Source: an uncultured Actinomycetes bacterium
Lineage (GTDB): Bacteria; Actinomycetota; Actinomycetes; S36-B12; CAIYMF01
Length of the DNA stretch: 32,000 nucleotides
Reading direction: 5' to 3'
NCBI GenBank assembly: GCA_963843975.1
Contig: CAWJMG010000001.1
Coordinates: 1,200,001-1,232,000, forward strand
In this document: positions 27,059 through 32,000 of the stretch, one piece after another
How positions within the stretch are numbered: position 1 is the first letter of the stretch
Layout of the letters: each line of letters starts with the position of its first letter
Program-made: the position numbers and the translations under genes
The notes under the pieces: model-generated
Seen by the model: the letters and a program-made list of their open reading frames with translations, nothing else
What the model was told of the DNA's origin: nothing
Databases searched by the model: none

Positions 27059-28069
27059 TCACAGAGGGTGGGCCCAGGCGTCGATCTCGCTGGTGACGTC
27101 CATGCCGACCTTGCGGTAGAGCTTGTCGGCGCCGGTCGGGCTCGTGCTGTCGACGCCGAGCTGCACGCCGGCACGGCCGCGCTCGCGGTAGTAGAGGAAC
27201 GCACGGACGAGCAGCAGCTGGGCGAGGCCTCTACCCCGGAACTCACGGGCGACGCCGAGGGTGCGCACGTAGCCGTCGCCGAGGTCGGCGCGGCTCTCGT
27301 CGAGCAGGCACACACCAGCGGGCACGCCGTCGACCTCGAGCATCCACCAGCCGTCGGGGTCGTCGCCGCCCTTGCCCTCGAGGTGCTCCCTGTACTCCTC
27401 GTACGACCGGTCGGTGTGGTTCCAGTGGTCGGCGAACGACGCCTGCTGGACGCCGTACAGCCGACGGCGCTCCGCATCGGTGCGCGCATTGACGAGGACC
27501 ACGCCGACCGGGAGCGGCGGCGGGGTGTCCGGGAGCACGGCCGTCGCGAGGTCGATGCGCATCCGGTAGAACCGCCGGACGCACTCGAAGCCCGCGGACT
27601 GCAGCCCCTCGACGAGCGGGAGGTCGGAGCCGAAGCACCCGCCGCGCACCGTCCAGACGCCCTCAGGGGCCAGCGATGCCTGCGTCGCCCGACCCACGCG
27701 CAGCCCGTGCGCGAGACCGGCGTCGATGATCTCGCGCGTGTACCGCTCCGGATCGGCGTACGGGTCCACCCAGGTCTCGGCCGGGGTCGGGTCGTGCTCG
27801 ATCCAGATGTAGCCGACGAGGTCGTCGCCGTCCAGAACGAACGCCGAGTGCTCGCGGTCGGTGGCGCTGGACGAGAACATGCCGGCCACCTCCTCGCGGC
27901 CGGAGTCGCGCACGCCGACGGCAGCGATGTCGCAGCGGGCCATGAGCGCCTCGGCGGCATCGAGGTCGGCCGGGTCGACGACGCCGTCGACGTACCTCGG
28001 CAGCCGCACGGTCAGGTGCGGCGGGAGGTCGGCACGCAGGAGGTCGAGAGCGTCCGTCGGATCGGTCAC
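27059..28069 (-). CDS. Two-domain GNAT N-acetyltransferase (MshD-like architecture: degenerate N-terminal GNAT plus a catalytic C-terminal GNAT).
   Basis: C-terminal domain ...GWWMLEVDGVPAGVCLLDESRADLGDGYVRTLGVAREFRGRGLAQLLLVRAF (R-x-x-G-x-G/A acetyl-CoA motif). Inter-domain RRFYRMRI motif. GTG start at 28069 with no clear SD. Confidence 0.8.
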   Translation of the reverse strand: MTDPTDALDLLRADLPPHLTVRLPRYVDGVVDPADLDAAEALMARCDIAAVGVRDSGREEVAGMFSSSATDREHSAFVLDGDDLVGYIWIEHDPTPAETWVDPYADPERYTREIIDAGLAHGLRVGRATQASLAPEGVWTVRGGCFGSDLPLVEGLQSAGFECVRRFYRMRIDLATAVLPDTPPPLPVGVVLVNARTDAERRRLYGVQQASFADHWNHTDRSYEEYREHLEGKGGDDPDGWWMLEVDGVPAGVCLLDESRADLGDGYVRTLGVAREFRGRGLAQLLLVRAFLYYRERGRAGVQLGVDSTSPTGADKLYRKVGMDVTSEIDAWAHPL

Positions 28070-28124
28070 GAGAGATGAGCCTGCGCCGCCACGCGCCCGG
28101 TGTCACCCGGGTTTCGCGGTGGGC

Positions 28125-29099
28125 TCAGGACAGCGCCAGCGCCCAGCCGTCGATCACGTGCACGGCACGCATACCGACGCGCTCGTAGACGCCCACCGCA
28201 CCCGTGAGGCTGTCGGCGTCCACACCCAGCTGGGTCCCCGCCCGGCCCATGTCGCGGTAGCGGACGAACGCGCGCTGCAGCAGGAGTGTCGCGAGGCCGC
28301 GTCCCCGGAACTTCCGTCGTACGCCGAGCACGCCCACGTAGCCGTCGCCGAGCTCGGCACGGCTCTCGTCCAGGAGGCAGAAGGCCGCGGGCTCGCCGTC
28401 GACGGTGAGCAGCCACCAGCCGTCCGGGTCGCGCGTGTCTCCGACCGAGAAGTCGTCCCACCACTCCTCGTACACCGTGGGCGTGAAGTTCCAGTGGTCG
28501 AGGAACGCCTCGTTGTCGACAGCCCAGATCGCACGCCGCGTCTCGTCGTCATCCCGCACGACGATCTCGACTCCCGGCGGCAGATCCGGTGCGGTGGCGG
28601 GGATCTCGGGGGAGGTTGACGCGATGCGCATGCGGTAGAAGCGGCGGACCCGTTCGAGACCCTGTGCAGCGAGCAGCGGCGGCATGAGCTCGTCGGTCGA
28701 CCAGTGGCCGGTGCGCAGGGTCCACCCCGGCTCGCTCCGCGTGGACGCCAACCTCCGGCCGGCAGCGACTGCGTGCTCGACCGCGCACTCGAGCACCGCC
28801 TGCTCGTGCTCCCCCGGCAGGCATGCGATGTCGACGTACATGTCCTTGGCCGGCGGCTGCACCTGCACGTAGACCGCACCCAGCGGGACGCCGTCGTGCT
28901 CGACGAGCGCCGTCTCGGCGCGATCGACGTCGCGCATCAGGAAGTAGGCCGCAGTGTCGGCGTCGCTGGTGTCGACCGTGCCGAGACGGGAGCGCTCGTA
29001 CTCCGCGTAGAGGCGCTTGACGACGGCGAGGTCGTCGGGGTGCGGCGTACGACCGTCCCACCGCACGGGTCGGACGACGAGACGCGGGTCAGCGCTCAC
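28125..29099 (-). CDS. Two-domain GNAT N-acetyltransferase, tandem paralog of 27059..28069.
   Basis: ...GWWLLTVDGEPAAFCLLDESRAELGDGYVGVLGVRRKFRGRGLATLLLQRAF... plus the RRFYRMRI motif. It is collinear with the downstream paralog. GTG start at 29099. Confidence 0.8.
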   Translation of the reverse strand: MSADPRLVVRPVRWDGRTPHPDDLAVVKRLYAEYERSRLGTVDTSDADTAAYFLMRDVDRAETALVEHDGVPLGAVYVQVQPPAKDMYVDIACLPGEHEQAVLECAVEHAVAAGRRLASTRSEPGWTLRTGHWSTDELMPPLLAAQGLERVRRFYRMRIASTSPEIPATAPDLPPGVEIVVRDDDETRRAIWAVDNEAFLDHWNFTPTVYEEWWDDFSVGDTRDPDGWWLLTVDGEPAAFCLLDESRAELGDGYVGVLGVRRKFRGRGLATLLLQRAFVRYRDMGRAGTQLGVDADSLTGAVGVYERVGMRAVHVIDGWALALS

Positions 29100-29100
29100 G

Positions 29101-29120
29101 CCGTCGAGGATCCTCGACGG
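29101..29120. promoter_or_regulatory. 20-bp perfect palindrome abutting the start codon of the upstream GNAT gene.
   Basis: CCGTCGAGGATCCTCGACGG equals its own reverse complement. It lies between the SET stop (29154) and the GNAT GTG (29099). It contains the only SD-like GAGGA for that gene. Confidence 0.4.
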
Positions 29121-29153
29121 ACCGCGGGCCTGTCGCGCGCGTTTAGGCAGGCG

Positions 29154-29663
29154 TCAGTGCGTGGACGCCGGCAGCGCGGCGATGCGACGCGCGAGGTAGG
29201 GCGAGAACCAGCCGTCGTACTTGGCCTGGACCTCTGCCTTGGTCCAGTCGAGGCCGGTGACGACGCCGCGGCAGGTGGGCTCGCCGCAGAGGCACTCGAA
29301 CTCGTCGTAGTCGCTGGAGTCGCACGTCGCGTAGTCGAAGGTGAGCTCGTCACCCACCTCGATGTCGCGCATCGCGACCAGCACCGTCGCGCCGACGAGG
29401 CCGCACGACGGCTCGCACGAGTGGTTGAGCATGTCGCCGGGCTCGGGGGTGTCGTCCGAGACGAGGTAGAGGTCCTCGTCGATCTGGATCGAGCGGCCCT
29501 GCCGGTCCTCGCTGAAGGTGCCGAGCGTCTCGCGGGTGACGACCCAGCCGCCGAAGCCGGCGACGGTGGTGCCCGCGGGGATCCGGGTGGTCGCGAACGA
29601 GCCCCAGCCCTTGGCACCGACAGGTCGGGCCTCCGCCCCAGGGGACAGCCAGTTGTAGTCCAC
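29154..29663 (-). CDS. SET-domain protein (putative lysine N-methyltransferase) with a post-SET Cys cluster.
   Basis: GAKGWGSFATTRIPAGTTV (GxG region), MLNHSCEPSC (NHSCxPN-type), GDELTFDYA (ELxFDY) and ECLCGEPTCRG (CxCx4C post-SET). The GTG at 29663 is preceded by AAGGAGA at 6-nt spacing. The track start at 29705 is probably too long. Confidence 0.8.
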   Translation of the reverse strand: MDYNWLSPGAEARPVGAKGWGSFATTRIPAGTTVAGFGGWVVTRETLGTFSEDRQGRSIQIDEDLYLVSDDTPEPGDMLNHSCEPSCGLVGATVLVAMRDIEVGDELTFDYATCDSSDYDEFECLCGEPTCRGVVTGLDWTKAEVQAKYDGWFSPYLARRIAALPASTH

Positions 29664-29921
29664 GTGTCGTCTCCTTCTGGACGATCGCGCAGCCCGGTGC
29701 CCCACAAGGGTCCGGTGCTCTCACCCCTCACGGTGAAACGCCGGTGCGCGCCCTGCTGGCGCGCCGTGCGCAGATATGGAACCACGCGAAGGTGAACTGC
29801 TCGAAATCGCCCAGCGCCAGATGCCTGACGCTGCACGGTCATTCAGGTGCCACGCCGCGACCGGGACGCACGTCACCGGGCTCGCGTCGTGCGCTGCTGC
29901 CGGCGATGGTTGTATGGCTGC

Positions 29922-30494
29922 ATGACCGAGCAGAACCCCGGGCAGGACGCCGGACCCGAGCAGCGCATCGTCGTCGTCGGGCCGGACGGCCAGCCGATCG
30001 GCGTCCTCGACCAGGGAACGGCTGCGGACACCGAGGCGACCGAGAGCGGCACGTCGGTCGCCGACCTGGTCGAGCAGCCGGCGAAGGTGATGCGCATCGG
30101 CAGCATGATCAAGCAGCTGCTCGAGGAGGTCCGCGGGGCGCCGCTCGACGAGGCGTCGCGCGCGCGGCTGCGCGACATCCACCGTCGCTCGATCACCGAG
30201 CTGGAATCAGGCCTCGCGCCCGAGCTGGTCGAGGAGCTCGAGCGGCTGTCGCTCCCCTTCACCGACGACTCGATCCCGACCGACGCCGAGCTGCGCATCG
30301 CGCAGGCCCAGCTCGTCGGCTGGCTCGAGGGGCTGTTCCACGGCATCCAGACCGCGCTGTTCGCCCAGCAGATGGCCGCGCAGGCCCAGATCGAGCACAT
30401 GCGCCGTCGTGCCATCGGTGGCCCGGGCGGCGGACCCGACGGAGCGGACGGCAGCGGCGACGGTCGCGGCGACTCCAGCGGCCTCTATCTCTAG
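29922..30494 (+). CDS. bpa: Bacterial proteasome activator Bpa/PafE.
   Basis: Near-collinear with M. tuberculosis Rv3780: DLVEQPAKVMRIGSMIKQLLEEVRGAPLDEASRARLRDIH..SI.ELE.GLAPEL.EEL.RL.LPF......P.DAELRIAQAQLVGWLEGLFHGIQTALFAQQMAA. The C-terminus is ...SSGLYL (Mtb has GQYL). ATG at 29922. Confidence 0.9.
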   Translation: MTEQNPGQDAGPEQRIVVVGPDGQPIGVLDQGTAADTEATESGTSVADLVEQPAKVMRIGSMIKQLLEEVRGAPLDEASRARLRDIHRRSITELESGLAPELVEELERLSLPFTDDSIPTDAELRIAQAQLVGWLEGLFHGIQTALFAQQMAAQAQIEHMRRRAIGGPGGGPDGADGSGDGRGDSSGLYL

Positions 30495-30506
30495 CCCCCT
30501 CCCCTC

Positions 30507-30559
30507 ACACTGATCAATCCGTCGTCTCCCGCCCTGGGAAACGACGGATTGATCAGTGT
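30507..30559. terminator. Long hairpin (19-bp perfect stem plus a 4-bp inner stem) between bpa and serS. Terminator-like or a small repeat element.
   Basis: ACACTGATCAATCCGTCGT (30507-30525) pairs with ACGACGGATTGATCAGTGT (30541-30559). Inner pair TCCC (30527-30530) with GGGA (30536-30539). It is AT-richer than its surroundings, starts 13 nt after the bpa stop, and has no U-tract. Confidence 0.5.
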
Positions 30560-30621
30560 CACGGGTAGGGGTGCTGCGGCCGGGAGGGATTCGGCGTGGT
30601 GCGTCCCCGTAGGCTTGCGCC

Positions 30622-31938
30622 GTGATCGACCTCAAGCTCCTCCGAGACGACCCCGACCGTGTGCGCGAGAGCCAGCGCCGGCGCGGGGAGGACCCCGGCA
30701 TCGTCGACCAGCTCCTCGACGCCGACGAGCTGCGGCGTGCGGCCGAGGCGTCGTTCAGCGCCCTGCGAGCCGAGCAGAACGCGCAGTCCAAGCACATCGG
30801 GCACATCCAGGGCCGCCTGAAGAAGGCCTCGGACGACGAGGCCGCCGCCCTCCGGGCCGAGCTCGAGACGGCCATGGCCGGCACCGCTGACCTCGCCGAC
30901 CGCGTCAAGGCTGCCGAGGCCCGCCGCGTCGGAGCGGAGGCCGAGGCCGCGCAGCTGCTCGGTCAGCTCGCCAACCTCATCGACGTCGACGCCCCGGTCG
31001 GCGGCGAGGACGACTTCGTCGTCATCGAGGAGGTCGGCGTTCGGCGCGACTTCGCGGCCGAGGGCATCACGGTCCTGGACCACGTCGACATCGGCGAGGC
31101 GCTCGGGGCGATCGACATCGAGCGCGGCGCCAAGGTCAGCGGCTCGCGCTTCTACTACCTCACCGGTGTCGGCGCGCTCCTCGAGCTCGCGCTCGTCAAC
31201 TACGCCATCGCGCTCGCATGCGGCAACGGCTTCACCCCGATGATCCCGCCCGCGCTCGTGAAGCCCGCGGCGATGGAGGGCACGGGCTTCCTCGGCCAGG
31301 CGGCCGAGAACGTCTACCGCCTCGAGCAGGACGACATGTACCTCGTCGGCACTGCCGAGGTGCCGCTGGCGGCGTACCACTCGGACGAGATCCTCGACGC
31401 CGACACCCTCCCCCGCCGGTACGTCGGCTACTCCCCCAGCTACCGCCGCGAGGCCGGCTCGGGCGGTCGCGACACCCGTGGCATCTTCCGCGTGCACTGG
31501 TTCGACAAGGTCGAGATGTTCACCTACAGCACCCCCGAGGATGCCGCCGAGGAGCACAAGCGCCTGCTCGGCTGGGAGCGCCAGTTCCTCGACAGCCTCG
31601 AGATCCCGTACCGCGTCATCGACGTCGCTTCCGGCGACCTCGGCGCGAGCGCCGCGCGCAAGTTCGACATCGAGGCGTGGGTGCCGAGCCAGGAGCGCTA
31701 CCGCGAGGTCACCTCGACCTCGAACTGCACGGAGTTCCAGGCCCGACGCCTGCGCATCCGCATGCGCGACGAGGACGGCGTACGCCCCCTCGCCACGCTC
31801 AACGGCACGCTCGTCGCCGTCACCCGCACGATCGTCGCGCTGCTCGAGAACCACCAGCAGGCCGACGGGTCCGTGCGCGTGCCGGAGGCGCTGCGCCCGT
31901 ACCTCGGCGGCCGCGAGTTCCTCACCCCCCTCGCCTGA
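30622..31938 (+). CDS. serS: Seryl-tRNA synthetase.
   Basis: [25 protein letters not shown]... (N-terminal coiled-coil arm). Class II core: ...[18 protein letters not shown]......GF.P..PP.LV......GTGFL....E.VY...[14 protein letters not shown]......P.RY.G.S..YRREAG..G.DTRGI.RVH.F.KVE.F...TSNCT.FQARRL.IR... GTG start at 30622. Confidence 0.95.
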   Translation: MIDLKLLRDDPDRVRESQRRRGEDPGIVDQLLDADELRRAAEASFSALRAEQNAQSKHIGHIQGRLKKASDDEAAALRAELETAMAGTADLADRVKAAEARRVGAEAEAAQLLGQLANLIDVDAPVGGEDDFVVIEEVGVRRDFAAEGITVLDHVDIGEALGAIDIERGAKVSGSRFYYLTGVGALLELALVNYAIALACGNGFTPMIPPALVKPAAMEGTGFLGQAAENVYRLEQDDMYLVGTAEVPLAAYHSDEILDADTLPRRYVGYSPSYRREAGSGGRDTRGIFRVHWFDKVEMFTYSTPEDAAEEHKRLLGWERQFLDSLEIPYRVIDVASGDLGASAARKFDIEAWVPSQERYREVTSTSNCTEFQARRLRIRMRDEDGVRPLATLNGTLVAVTRTIVALLENHQQADGSVRVPEALRPYLGGREFLTPLA

Positions 31939-32000
31939 CCGGTTCCAGGTATCTGCGCGGCGAATCCGTCGCAGAGCGCTGGCTCGTTACCCGGGTAACG

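Noticed and set aside
30495-30621. A T-box leader upstream of serS.
   Set aside because: The leader is far too short for a T-box, and I found no specifier loop or T-box sequence. The hairpin is a simple perfect inverted repeat.
30559-31854. 431-aa minus-strand ORF opposite serS.
   Set aside because: It is antisense to an unambiguous seryl-tRNA synthetase.

Overview
Very GC-rich chromosomal window from an actinobacterium. The Bpa proteasome activator, AdhC-like ADH and MshD-like double-GNAT proteins all point to Actinomycetota. Coordinates and translations below are hand-derived; no searches were run.

(1) 1-4234: the int-proximal end of an integrative element docked at the 3' end of tRNA-Ser(UGA). 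It carries an AbiEii toxin (partial), an AbiEi antitoxin with an apparent 1-nt frameshift, a UPF0158 protein, about 0.5 kb of unresolved coding, repeat-preceded xis-int, a small membrane protein, and tandem short repeats in the arm next to the tRNA.

(2) 4.4-10.3 kb: ordinary core genes (ychJ, adhC-like ADH, HSL-type esterase) and a 1006-aa secreted S8 protease.

(3) 10.3-13.9 kb: two divergently transcribed paralogous MFS transporters, each fused to a C-terminal cyclic-nucleotide-binding domain. An orphan LacI regulator follows.

(4) 15.3-23.5 kb: a six-gene, tightly coupled atu/liu-like operon on the minus strand, in the order carboxyltransferase, biotin carboxylase/BCCP, AtuA, TetR, acyl-CoA dehydrogenase, enoyl-CoA hydratase. 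A 15-bp palindrome lies upstream.

(5) 23.6-27.0 kb: a divergent MoeA-like protein, then a K+ channel with an RCK domain followed 1 nt later by quinone oxidoreductase.

(6) 27.0-32.0 kb: a SET-domain methyltransferase plus two tandem double-GNAT acetyltransferases, divergent from bpa. A long AT-richer hairpin and serS follow.

I see no single clear-cut novel system. The best candidates for follow-up are the SET/GNAT/GNAT cluster beside bpa, the divergent MFS-cNMP pair, and the island cargo.
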